From an uncultured virus (IMG/VR IMGVR_UViG_3300043411_001204) (lineage: Duplodnaviria; Heunggongvirae; Uroviricota; Caudoviricetes): a stretch of DNA of 64,000 nt. This document shows positions 44,721 through 53,129 of this stretch, in pieces (the first letter of the stretch is position 1; each line of letters starts with the position of its first letter). Position numbers and translations under genes: made by a program. A model generated the notes under the pieces. The model saw only the letters and a program-made list of their open reading frames with translations. It was not told where the DNA came from and made no database searches. The stretch lies in the IMG/VR virus record IMGVR_UViG_3300043411_001204. One strand, given 5' to 3'.

Positions 44721-45490
44721 GAACATCTGTTCAAAGTCAGCTTAAACCTAGGTCTAACGTGACGTTGGACGATGTGGTAACTCATGCCAAATTGTGTAAT
44801 TCAAAAAGGGAATTTGTCAGTCGATTCCCACATGAGTATGCGCGTGCTCGTAGGGATGGGGTGTTGAACGATGTCTGCGCTCATATGAAGGTTAGGGGTA
44901 ATAAGTACCTTCGAGTGGTCTATTCCATCTGTCTGGGTAAAGAAGTCTACATAGGGCTTTCGTTCGATCCTTGGAGGCGCTTTCGGCAACATGTAGAGAG
45001 GGGTACAGCACCAGTCAAAAAATTGATTGCAAACGGTGGTGAGTTACATGTACTCACGCCATTACTACCTCTCGAAGCTGCCATTGTAAAAGAAACAGAG
45101 GAGATTCAAACAGCACGAAACGCTGGTTTTCAAGTGCTAAATCAAACACAGGGAGGTGAAACTGGCGGGTGTTGGAAGATTTGGACAGTGGAGTCTATCA
45201 GAGACGAGGCCAAAAAGCACCAAACCCGAAAAGCGTTTGCGGTGTATGGTCGTGGGGCATACAGTGCAGCTAGACGTCATGGAATCCTAGATGACGTTTG
45301 CAAGCATATGCCTACACACCATATGCTTGCACAGCGTAGGTACCTACAGTCTCGAATAGCTAAAAGTCAAGGTTGGACGGAAGACTCTGATGACTACGCT
45401 GCTGACCTGATTGCCAAGAATCGACCACCTAAGGGTGACAAGAGACTACTTACACATGCCCCTGCCATTGACAAAACAAGGGGTACGTAA
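44717..45490 (+). CDS. GIY-YIG-family endonuclease with repeated helical modules
   Basis: VVYSI...VYIGLS...RRFRQH...E...LNQTQGG; two repeats ending ARRxGxLxDVCxHM. Confidence 0.8.
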   Translation: MRTSVQSQLKPRSNVTLDDVVTHAKLCNSKREFVSRFPHEYARARRDGVLNDVCAHMKVRGNKYLRVVYSICLGKEVYIGLSFDPWRRFRQHVERGTAPVKKLIANGGELHVLTPLLPLEAAIVKETEEIQTARNAGFQVLNQTQGGETGGCWKIWTVESIRDEAKKHQTRKAFAVYGRGAYSAARRHGILDDVCKHMPTHHMLAQRRYLQSRIAKSQGWTEDSDDYAADLIAKNRPPKGDKRLLTHAPAIDKTRGT

Positions 45491-45672
45491 CCTCGATCTA
45501 ATCCCTACTCCCTCCCGAGAGTCGCGCACCCTACCTCCGAATTGAGACCATCGAAAAATGGGAATTTGCTGCTACGTGATAGCAGCGTCCGGTGTATTCG
45601 TTGGCAAGCGCATCCCTTGTGGCAATCTTCTGTGCAGAGGGTCTCACTTGGGATATCGCAGCTGAGCACTGA

Positions 45673-45737
45673 CGAAATTTCGCCGAGTATACTTCGCCGA
45701 AATTTCGCTTGACACTTTCGCCGAGATTTGGTAAGAC
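45673..45737 (+). promoter_or_regulatory. Sigma70-type promoter overlapped by palindromic/direct operator-like repeats
   Basis: TTGACA 45709-45714, 17 nt, TAAGAC with upstream TG; CGAAATTTCG x2; TTCGCCGA x3. Confidence 0.65.
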
Positions 45738-45761
45738 CATTAGTCTCTTCAGGAGGTACTA

Positions 45762-46436
45762 ATGTCTAATGAACGTCCCATTGGTTCACGTCACGCACTC
45801 CCCATTTGCTTGGTCCAAGGAGCCATGGCTCTAGTTACGGATAAGAATGCTCTTGCGGCCGAATGGAGAATTCGAGCAGCTAAGTACACAAAGAAGAATC
45901 TGCTTCCAGACATCGAAGCCCTTCTTGTAAATTACGAGGTTGCTGAGGTCCCAAGTGTCCCTGCAAGTGCTCCTGACTCAGACCTGATCTTTGATGACCT
46001 TATCCCAGTTGAAGAGCCTAGTATCCGAGACCTACAGAACGACTACCTGGATAAGCTTGAGGCGGCTTTCAAACCCAACTTCGAGTACCGATTCTCGTCT
46101 AAGTTGACCTCATTCGAAGGCGATAAGGTGCTCATCCTAACCACAGCTACTGTGTTGGATGAGGGTGGTAATGTCGCATACTCCTCTTACATGGCCAAAA
46201 TCGACGATCAAGAGGTCAAGGAAAGCCCTCACAAGCTTTCCTCCTCCCTGGGTAGAGATATCTTTGACAGCGCTGGGGTTAAACGAGTGGCCATGTTTGC
46301 TCACGTCGTTAAGCATCAAGTTGGTCGAGTTATTCATTTTGATGTGAATAACTCGAAAGGTAGGTTTCGTATACCCTTGGTGTGCGATAACGACCCAGTA
46401 AAGGGTTTCACACTGAAGCCCTTCGTCCGAAGGTAA
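45762..46436 (+). CDS. Hypothetical protein
   Basis: AGGAGG SD; 224 aa. Confidence 0.75.
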   Translation: MSNERPIGSRHALPICLVQGAMALVTDKNALAAEWRIRAAKYTKKNLLPDIEALLVNYEVAEVPSVPASAPDSDLIFDDLIPVEEPSIRDLQNDYLDKLEAAFKPNFEYRFSSKLTSFEGDKVLILTTATVLDEGGNVAYSSYMAKIDDQEVKESPHKLSSSLGRDIFDSAGVKRVAMFAHVVKHQVGRVIHFDVNNSKGRFRIPLVCDNDPVKGFTLKPFVRR

Positions 46437-46506
46437 GTAAGATCAACGCAACCGAAGGTAGGGGGGCTTAGTCCCCCCACCTGTCAGTCAACCATGGAGT
46501 CTACAA

Positions 46507-47376
46507 ATGCTACCTAAATCGTACAAGATCAATGATAACCTGTATCTGACGTGTCAGCCTGTGAACAAGAGCGCCACGCCAAAAAAGGTTGAGGTGCCAA
46601 CGAACCACATTGTCGTTCTGGATTGCAGTGGGAGCATGAGCTACGACCTCCCCCAGATTCAGACGCAACTGAAAAAGAAGCTTCCTAAGCTCATTGGAGA
46701 GAAGGACACGCTCTCGATTATTTGGTTCAGTGGACGAGGGCAGTTCGGGACCCTCTTGGAGGGAGAGCCCGTAGCCACGCTAGCTGACCTAAAGGACGTT
46801 GAGAAGGCCATTGACCGGTGGCTACGTCCGGTAGGCCTCACGGGGTTCAAAGAGCCTCTGGAGGAGGCTGGGAAGGTTGTAGAGCGGGTTACCAAAAAGA
46901 ACCCTGGCTCCACCTGTTCCTTGTTCTTCCTCTCGGATGGATGCGACAACTGCTGGCCCCGCCCGGAGATCCTCAAAGTCGTAGAGAAGGCTGCTGGGGG
47001 GCTAGCTGCGGCAACGTTCGTTGAGTATGGCTACTACGCAGATCGGCCCCTGCTTACCGCAATGGCGGAGAAGGCAGGCGGTAGCCTCATTCACGCAAAC
47101 GCCTTCGACAAGTTCCAGCCTATCTTTGAAGCCTCGATGGCAAAGCGCCCTCTTGGAGCCTCCAAGATTGAGGTATCCATCTCTGGGGATGCGATTGGAG
47201 GATTTGTCTGGTCCCAAGAGAGTGGAGACCTGACAACTTACTCGATCGATGGCGATAAGGTACGTGTTACTGATGGTACGGGGGATCTTTGGTATCTTTC
47301 TTCTTCAGCCATCGGGGAGGTTGGGGAGAGTCTTCCCATGATTGCTGAGCTGTTCGCTAGGGGTCTCGCCGCGTAA
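46507..47376 (+). CDS. von Willebrand factor A (vWA) domain protein, N-terminal part
   Basis: MIDAS DCSGSMS, GLTGF, LSDG. Confidence 0.85.
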   Translation: MLPKSYKINDNLYLTCQPVNKSATPKKVEVPTNHIVVLDCSGSMSYDLPQIQTQLKKKLPKLIGEKDTLSIIWFSGRGQFGTLLEGEPVATLADLKDVEKAIDRWLRPVGLTGFKEPLEEAGKVVERVTKKNPGSTCSLFFLSDGCDNCWPRPEILKVVEKAAGGLAAATFVEYGYYADRPLLTAMAEKAGGSLIHANAFDKFQPIFEASMAKRPLGASKIEVSISGDAIGGFVWSQESGDLTTYSIDGDKVRVTDGTGDLWYLSSSAIGEVGESLPMIAELFARGLAA

Positions 47377-47962
47377 ACACTTTCCGTGAGCCTCCAACAA
47401 CCACACCACGTTCTCTAGCTCGTGCGTGTCCAGCCAGAACTGTATTACGAATCCGTTCTCGTTCCGTCTCGTCTAAACGATTCCAGGTTCGCAAGCGATG
47501 GCAATTAGAGCATACAAGCTCACACTTACTAATCTCGGCCAGAATCCGGTCCATACTGACCCCGTTTTGTACCATAACAGAGACGCTACTCTCTTTCTCT
47601 TTGCCGTCTAAGTGGTCGAAATCCATGACAGCCCAATGAAAGGTTTGCCCACAATCCGTGCAAGGGTTGGACTTCATATCTCTGATTGCTTCTTTTTTGG
47701 CTAACCTATTCGCAAGGGTGCGAGCGACTTGCTCCTCATGGTGCTTGCGGTACCACTTACGCCTGTATGGGCGCATGCACTCCTTACACAGGCGTTGCAG
47801 CACACCTGTTTTCTTATTCCTAATGCTAAACTCATCAACAGAGAGCCATTCCTTACAGGTAGCACACCTGCTTTTACCTTCATGTCCAGGTACATGTCGG
47901 CAAGAAGGTAGTTTGTGCCCTAATTCACCACATCCGCCACACTTGTGTTTGTTAACCTTCAT
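47357..47962 (-). CDS. HNH endonuclease with zinc knuckles, antisense insertion
   Basis: CGGCGELGH, CATC..CKEC, CTDCG...MDFDH...KCELVCSNCHRLRT. Confidence 0.88.
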   Translation of the reverse strand: MKVNKHKCGGCGELGHKLPSCRHVPGHEGKSRCATCKEWLSVDEFSIRNKKTGVLQRLCKECMRPYRRKWYRKHHEEQVARTLANRLAKKEAIRDMKSNPCTDCGQTFHWAVMDFDHLDGKEKESSVSVMVQNGVSMDRILAEISKCELVCSNCHRLRTWNRLDETERERIRNTVLAGHARARERGVVVGGSRKVFTRRDP

Positions 47963-48017
47963 GGCTTCCCTAACCCATTAAAAGTTTAGGGAAGCAGGAA
48001 AGCAGTAGCTAAAAAAT

Positions 48018-49490
48018 ATGCCTACAAATAAAGAAGTTTTGAGTGCAGCTTATGCAGCAGTGTCCTTATTTAGTACTCGAATGAAACCAGAGGTGGTCCT
48101 CCCCATCCTTCGTACGTTGGGGGATGTTGCCCTTGTAGAAGACTTTTCCTCGTGCTTCGGCAAACAGAAGTACAGTGAGTTCATGGATGCTACGAAGGCT
48201 GCGGCTTTCAATCCTAAGTTGTGCTTTAGCAAGGGCTATGACCCCAATAAGGTCCCAGCCGACGATGCTTACACAATCCTTGACTTGCTGAAGCTACTCT
48301 CATCCGATGAGGCTAACCGAGTTCTGTTGGATCACCCAGACTTCAAGTTTAGCTGCATCTCTCGTAAGCGAGTGGACGCAGCGAGTGTTCTGACCGAGGA
48401 TGAGCAGAAGCAGGTAGCTGAGATCAGCAGCAAGCTAGCTACCGAAAAGAGCGCAGCCAAGCTGAAGGAGCTTCAAGCCGAGTTGTCTGCAATCACGGCC
48501 AAGAAGAATCCTTTGAAGTTCACGCAGACCTTGCAGCCAGAGGGGTACGCTATCTCCTCTCTCACCTTCAATGAGGACCGTCCCAACGTCAGCATGAAGC
48601 TGAAGCTTGAGGGGACGGTAGACCTGACAGGTAGGCTCCCAGATGGAAGTAAGATTCCAGCTCAATTCTCTACCTTCCAGTACCGGGATCGTAACGTGGT
48701 AGCCGATGGTCTCGTCAACATGGAGCAACTTCCTGTCCGTGTAACGAAGGCCACGGCAAACGCCCTATCCAAGGTCCTACCCGCTGCGGCTCTTCCTGCG
48801 AAGATGATCGTAAGCAAGGACTACGTAGAGGGGACGATCAACCTCACGGCTCTTCCTGTCATCAACCGTCAAATGTGCAAGACGGCTTCAGCTGCAACCC
48901 TGTTCCGCACCCAGTTCCAGCTGGAGAAGGCTCGGGCAGCTCAAAAGGTGTACAAGGCCTACAAGGATGAGCGGGTTGCGAAGAAGGAGTCCAAGTCTTA
49001 CCAAGAGACGTATGGAGCTACCGACGCAGAGTGGCTTAAGGACCAAGGGTTTACGGACTACAGCGGGTTCTCGCCAAAGATGGTCCAGGCAGAGAGCACT
49101 GACTTCTACGTAGGTAAGGCTCTTGAGGTGTCCCTTAAGGGGTACTCCAAGCTTCCCTCGATGACGGAGTACAAGAAGCAAGCCTCTACGAACAAGTTCA
49201 ATGGGCCTGGACTGCTCATGAAGCCAGTCGTTGAAGAGGTTGAGGCCTACTTGAACTCGAAGCCTTCAGAGGCTGAAGTCCTTGCTTGGCTTGAGACCAA
49301 GACGAAGGCCTCTGTCAAGGCGGCTCGGGACCTCATCTTTGAGCTTGCTCAAGTGAAGTTTGCAATCGTAGTTGGCCAAGGTTGGTTTGAGGAGTTCTCT
49401 TCTCTTGACGAGAACTCCCTAACTCTGGAAGTCGATGGGGTCCAGCTAGCTGGCAAAGTCGAGATGAAAGAGATCCAAGTAAAGCTATGA
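48018..49490 (+). CDS. Hypothetical protein, probable C-terminal half of the vWA protein
   Basis: 490 aa; same strand directly after the HNH insertion. Confidence 0.7.
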   Translation: MPTNKEVLSAAYAAVSLFSTRMKPEVVLPILRTLGDVALVEDFSSCFGKQKYSEFMDATKAAAFNPKLCFSKGYDPNKVPADDAYTILDLLKLLSSDEANRVLLDHPDFKFSCISRKRVDAASVLTEDEQKQVAEISSKLATEKSAAKLKELQAELSAITAKKNPLKFTQTLQPEGYAISSLTFNEDRPNVSMKLKLEGTVDLTGRLPDGSKIPAQFSTFQYRDRNVVADGLVNMEQLPVRVTKATANALSKVLPAAALPAKMIVSKDYVEGTINLTALPVINRQMCKTASAATLFRTQFQLEKARAAQKVYKAYKDERVAKKESKSYQETYGATDAEWLKDQGFTDYSGFSPKMVQAESTDFYVGKALEVSLKGYSKLPSMTEYKKQASTNKFNGPGLLMKPVVEEVEAYLNSKPSEAEVLAWLETKTKASVKAARDLIFELAQVKFAIVVGQGWFEEFSSLDENSLTLEVDGVQLAGKVEMKEIQVKL

Positions 49491-50077
49491 GTACGTCAGG
49501 TCGATGGCATCCAAAAAAGATGGATAGGCCAAGTAAGTTCAGAGCCGAGAAACCGCAAGTAAGCTTCTGGGTACGCCTCTACCTGAGGATATACTACAAG
49601 ATCGTAGGCATTGTAGGGATACTCAAAGAGACCTTGAGCGATCCTTGGGTGTTGATGAAGGCCCTTGGTTTTGCTAACTGGAGGATTCGCAAACACACGC
49701 CCCCTCCATTCCCAATCGTAGACTCAACTCCTTACGTTGAAGCGAAGGAGTTGAGTAAGACGATCACTTACCGAGTAAAAACCGGAGAGCTACCGCAAAA
49801 GCGTAAGTCCACAGTCGGACCTCCTCTAGGTCCTGGAGATTGGGAGCTGGGGGCTATTGTCCCGCAGGAAGTAAGGCCAAGTACTCCAGAGAATTTACCT
49901 GAGGACCTAGAGCTAGGAGTTAAGGCCCCTATTACATCCGAGATACCCCCCGAGTTAGAGGGTATTTGGCGTAGTGATCCTGGCCCAAATTTGGATAGTT
50001 TGAAAACTAGCTTCCAGAGTTTTCAGGACCCCAAAGAGGGTACAGCAGACCCTAGAGATGAAAGAAGTACAGGTTAA
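49487..50077 (+). CDS. Hypothetical protein, paralogue of next ORF
   Basis: DPW..ALG..NW..HTP..VDSTPYV..EL..YRV; GTADP. Confidence 0.65.
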   Translation: MSTSGRWHPKKMDRPSKFRAEKPQVSFWVRLYLRIYYKIVGIVGILKETLSDPWVLMKALGFANWRIRKHTPPPFPIVDSTPYVEAKELSKTITYRVKTGELPQKRKSTVGPPLGPGDWELGAIVPQEVRPSTPENLPEDLELGVKAPITSEIPPELEGIWRSDPGPNLDSLKTSFQSFQDPKEGTADPRDERSTG

Positions 50078-50080
50078 GGT

Positions 50081-50797
50081 ATGCCTCGACTACCAGGTAA
50101 CAAGAAGACAAAACCAGGGGTGTTCCGCACCTTGGTCAACTTTCTCTCTCAAGAGGACGTGCTGGGTCCACAGATCAACTCTGCTAAGATCAAGGCCCTA
50201 CAGCTCTATCGGCCATTGCACTTCCAAATTGTAAGGGCCAAGGCGTTGCTTAGTCATGGGGATCCTTGGGGTCTAACGAATGCACTAGGGCTCCGAAATT
50301 GGTTCCCGATTCGCCATACCCCCAAGGATTACCCAAAGGTAGATCCAACTCCCTACGTTGTGAGTAGCGAGTTAGATATAGCTCAAGTCTATCGAGTGAG
50401 AGAGGGGCTAGGAAGTCCTACGCACTATCACCAAGACTTGCGTAATACCCCCTACAGAGTCAGGGACACAAGTCAAGTTCCAGCCCTTCCCATCGATGCC
50501 TTTTTTGATCGAGATGGCGCTATCGTCGTACCTTCATCTCAAACTCCTGAGGAAATTGAGATTGAGATGAAGAAGTTGACCGAGCTTTGGGAGGACCCCT
50601 GGTCCGGCACCTTGCTCAGAACAGAGGCAGAGAAGAAGGCTGAGGCAGATAAGGAGTCTTGGGTCACCTCTCTTGATCAGCAAGAAAAGAAAGAGGATCG
50701 TCATCCTCAGCTTCCCGATGGTAAGGCTCTAGACAAAACCATCCAAAACATTGTGGACTCAGGTGGTACAGCAGACCCTAAAAAGGAGGAAAGCTAG
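50081..50797 (+). CDS. Hypothetical protein, paralogue of previous ORF
   Basis: Same motifs. Confidence 0.65.
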   Translation: MPRLPGNKKTKPGVFRTLVNFLSQEDVLGPQINSAKIKALQLYRPLHFQIVRAKALLSHGDPWGLTNALGLRNWFPIRHTPKDYPKVDPTPYVVSSELDIAQVYRVREGLGSPTHYHQDLRNTPYRVRDTSQVPALPIDAFFDRDGAIVVPSSQTPEEIEIEMKKLTELWEDPWSGTLLRTEAEKKAEADKESWVTSLDQQEKKEDRHPQLPDGKALDKTIQNIVDSGGTADPKKEES

Positions 50798-50798
50798 A

Positions 50799-51005
50799 AT
50801 GTTGTTCCAAGTATGGCAAGAAGGATTTCGAGCTACAGGGGAAAGTAGCCCAGCCATCTTTCATGGGGAGGTTGAGGCATCAACCTTTCGTGACGCCTGT
50901 ATTGCTATCTTCAAGGGCAACAGTACCTTTGAGGAGAGTACCTTAACCTACTGGGGTTGTCGTCTCTTCGATAACGAAACCAAGGCTCGCAGCTCGTTTG
51001 GTTGA
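50799..51005 (+). CDS. Small hypothetical phage protein
   Basis: WQEGFRATG...YWGCRLFDNE..ARSSFG. Confidence 0.65.
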   Translation: MLFQVWQEGFRATGESSPAIFHGEVEASTFRDACIAIFKGNSTFEESTLTYWGCRLFDNETKARSSFG

Positions 51006-51021
51006 GCTTTACTAGGAGCGT

Positions 51022-51060
51022 GAAGAAGGGGCTTAGAGTCGTACTCTAAGCCCCTTCTTC
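51022..51060. terminator. Bidirectional terminator-like hairpin between convergent genes
   Basis: Perfect 18-bp inverted repeat GAAGAAGGGGCTTAGAGT / ACTCTAAGCCCCTTCTTC. Confidence 0.75.
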
Positions 51061-51344
51061 TATAGGGTGGTAACTTCCCCTTTGGTCACATAGCCATGCC
51101 AGCAATTCAAGCTAATGCTCGGAGACAGGGAGAGACTCTCCAGCGTAGTACCCGCCACCTCCCACTGCTTGGCTCCCAAAACTGCTGTATCTTGGACCCC
51201 ATGGTCTCGGAACCAGATCAGTATGGAGTGCTTGGTGCAAGGGCAATCGAAGACGACTCCTTGCGAAGCTGCAAAGGTCTCTACCACCCTAAACCCCTCT
51301 GTTGTCACCTGTACAAAGTTAGCCTCTAGCTCCGTTAGTCGCAT
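51060..51344 (-). CDS. DUF6527-like Cys/His metal-binding protein
   Basis: FDCPC..H...LSLSPSI..CWHGYVTKG. Confidence 0.6.
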   Translation of the reverse strand: MRLTELEANFVQVTTEGFRVVETFAASQGVVFDCPCTKHSILIWFRDHGVQDTAVLGAKQWEVAGTTLESLSLSPSISLNCWHGYVTKGEVTTL

Positions 51345-51401
51345 GGCTCATCACCCTCTTGATACGCAGAGAGTAAAGACTCATCATAGGCTCGCTCAGC
51401 G

Positions 51402-51854
51402 TCAAATTCTTCTAGGTCGGCCCGCTCCCAAAATGAGGGGTCCTCTGTAGCTTCGATCACTAGAAGACCTATATCTTTCAGTTTTTCGTAGATCTCGGAT
51501 GGGTACGGGTTCCGATTTGCTCGCTGGGGCACACCAGTAACAAAGGCACTGGTACCCTGTCTTAGCTGGACGTCGCCTTGACCGGCTCATGTTACTTCGA
51601 TCTGAAGGCTCTTGAATTGATTGCAAGCTACCTTGAATTCGGAGTAGGAAGTCGGGGGAGGTGGCTGGAGTTATCCTTGGTGCGGACCCCACCTCGCTCC
51701 CCTCATCAACCCACTCAATCAAACCTTGGCTTAACCAGCGTTCGACTGTAGCCGAGAACTTGGGCTTGGTTTCTACCATTCGAGAATGCCCCTCCATCTG
51801 CTCGATGACAAACAGAGTTTCCCCATCGGCATTTCGTACGGTTAAAACTGCCAC
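51402..51854 (-). CDS. Hypothetical protein (3' end uncertain)
   Basis: GAGGT SD before GTG. Confidence 0.45.
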   Translation of the reverse strand: MAVLTVRNADGETLFVIEQMEGHSRMVETKPKFSATVERWLSQGLIEWVDEGSEVGSAPRITPATSPDFLLRIQGSLQSIQEPSDRSNMSRSRRRPAKTGYQCLCYWCAPASKSEPVPIRDLRKTERYRSSSDRSYRGPLILGAGRPRRI

Positions 51855-51867
51855 GCTACCTCTAGGC

Positions 51868-51976
51868 TGTAAATAGGGACAGCTCCAATAGGCCTGGGGG
51901 GAGGTGGGCCTACTGGAGCTGTCTAGTTGTAAGTTAGGGAATCGAACCCATGCTGCTACCGACTAACTCTCACATT
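51868..51976 (-). ncRNA. Putative ~110 nt small RNA with tRNA-like D/T loops and a 17-bp hairpin
   Basis: Upstream TTGCCT-17nt-TACACT; AGTCGGTAG and GGGTTCGATTCCC; stem with a G.U pair only on the - strand; no ORF. Confidence 0.5.
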
Positions 51977-51982
51977 CCAAGC

Positions 51983-52011
51983 AGTGTAATCCTTAGGGTA
52001 CGGTAAGGCAA
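51983..52011 (-). promoter_or_regulatory. Sigma70-type promoter
   Basis: -35 TTGCCT (52011-52006), 17 nt, -10 TACACT (51988-51983). Confidence 0.6.
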
Positions 52012-52281
52012 GCCCAATCTTTAGGGGAGAACCTAATCCCGTTCGATCCTAAGCCGGAGCGCTGAAAGGATTGTGTTTGCAAGTCGTTCGGAGGGGGCAT
52101 TTTTTGCCCATTTGGCTAGGCGTGCAATGTCAGTAACCTCTACCTCGTGTTGGAGGAGTCTGGTACTAATCCACTTTGCTGCAATAGCTGGGCTTCGACG
52201 GTTGAACTTGGATCGCATTTTAAGTCACTTTGGTTCGGTAATTGGTGTACACTGGTAGGGTCACCCAGAGGAGTATATAAG

Positions 52282-52638
52282 ATGAGCGATACGGAGTATG
52301 TAGCAGAGTTGATTCGAAAAGCCAACGAGCTTGTAGCCGACCTGAAGATCGACAAGTCCAAGGTCGTAGAAGTGGCTAGGCTTTTGCATGAGGTTCGTAA
52401 GCGTAAGGAGCCTAGCGTCAGTCCCTACAAGAGCGGAAAGTCTGACCCCGTAGCTGAGGCACGTAAGGCTCCACGTAAGCCTATGATCGTTCGACCCCTA
52501 GCCAAAGCTACGGTAAGAACCGAAGCTAAGCCTGCGCCGGGTCATCTCGGTCGACCCTGCAACCACGTCGAAGCTCCAAAAGTAGAGGTAGCTCCACTCC
52601 CCCCGCCCCCGCCCGTCAAAAAGCCAAGGAAGCGGTAA
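52282..52638 (+). CDS. Basic Pro/Lys-rich hypothetical protein
   Basis: GAGGAG SD; GGTGTA at 52244. Confidence 0.6.
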   Translation: MSDTEYVAELIRKANELVADLKIDKSKVVEVARLLHEVRKRKEPSVSPYKSGKSDPVAEARKAPRKPMIVRPLAKATVRTEAKPAPGHLGRPCNHVEAPKVEVAPLPPPPPVKKPRKR

Positions 52639-52647
52639 GTGTTCACC

Positions 52648-52683
52648 TACTTCGTAGAGTCTTCTCGGAGACTCTACGAAGTA
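52648..52683. terminator. Hairpin, terminator-like
   Basis: 15-bp perfect inverted repeat TACTTCGTAGAGTCT / AGACTCTACGAAGTA. Confidence 0.6.
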
Positions 52684-52697
52684 AAACAGGTCATACT

Positions 52698-53123
52698 ATG
52701 ATTCCCAAGATATCAGATACTCGACTCAAGCAACTCGCCAAAAAGATTCGACCTGTCGTGCAAGGACCCAACAGGATTCTTCACTACATTAAGCCTGTTA
52801 ACCTGAAGGAGACAGCCTTCACCTGGGGTCCGGATCTTGCGGAAGAAGCCACTTCTCTTACACTGATCACAACAATCCGCACCTTCCACACCTACGGGTA
52901 CTATGGTTTCTTCAAGCCTAGTATTGCTGAGGTTATTGCTCAAATTCCAACCGATCTTCTAGATTCTGTGGGTGCTTTCGAAACCCATGGTCCCGATATG
53001 GCTGAGGATTTTTACCAAGACGAGGAAACCAAGAATGCCTTCGATAAGGGTTTCCACACAGCTAAGACTGTGCTCTACCGTACCACTCAGGCTCAGTCCC
53101 GGTCTCGCTTCGAGAGGATCTAG
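52698..53123 (+). CDS. Hypothetical protein with C-terminal SRFER tag
   Basis: TFHTYGYYGFFKPSIAEVIAQIP. Confidence 0.7.
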   Translation: MIPKISDTRLKQLAKKIRPVVQGPNRILHYIKPVNLKETAFTWGPDLAEEATSLTLITTIRTFHTYGYYGFFKPSIAEVIAQIPTDLLDSVGAFETHGPDMAEDFYQDEETKNAFDKGFHTAKTVLYRTTQAQSRSRFERI

Positions 53124-53129
53124 TCAAAC

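Noticed and set aside
45673..45731. CRISPR array
   Set aside because: Repeats are only 8-10 nt with no spacer-sized unique intervals and no cas genes
47340..48020. Group I intron holding the HNH gene
   Set aside because: Almost no non-coding space and no recognisable P7/R-S core; the HNH is antisense
51937..51965. Canonical tRNA gene (GGTTCGATTCC T-loop on - strand)
   Set aside because: No anticodon arm, 7-bp acceptor stem or CCA; kept only as a tRNA-like sRNA candidate
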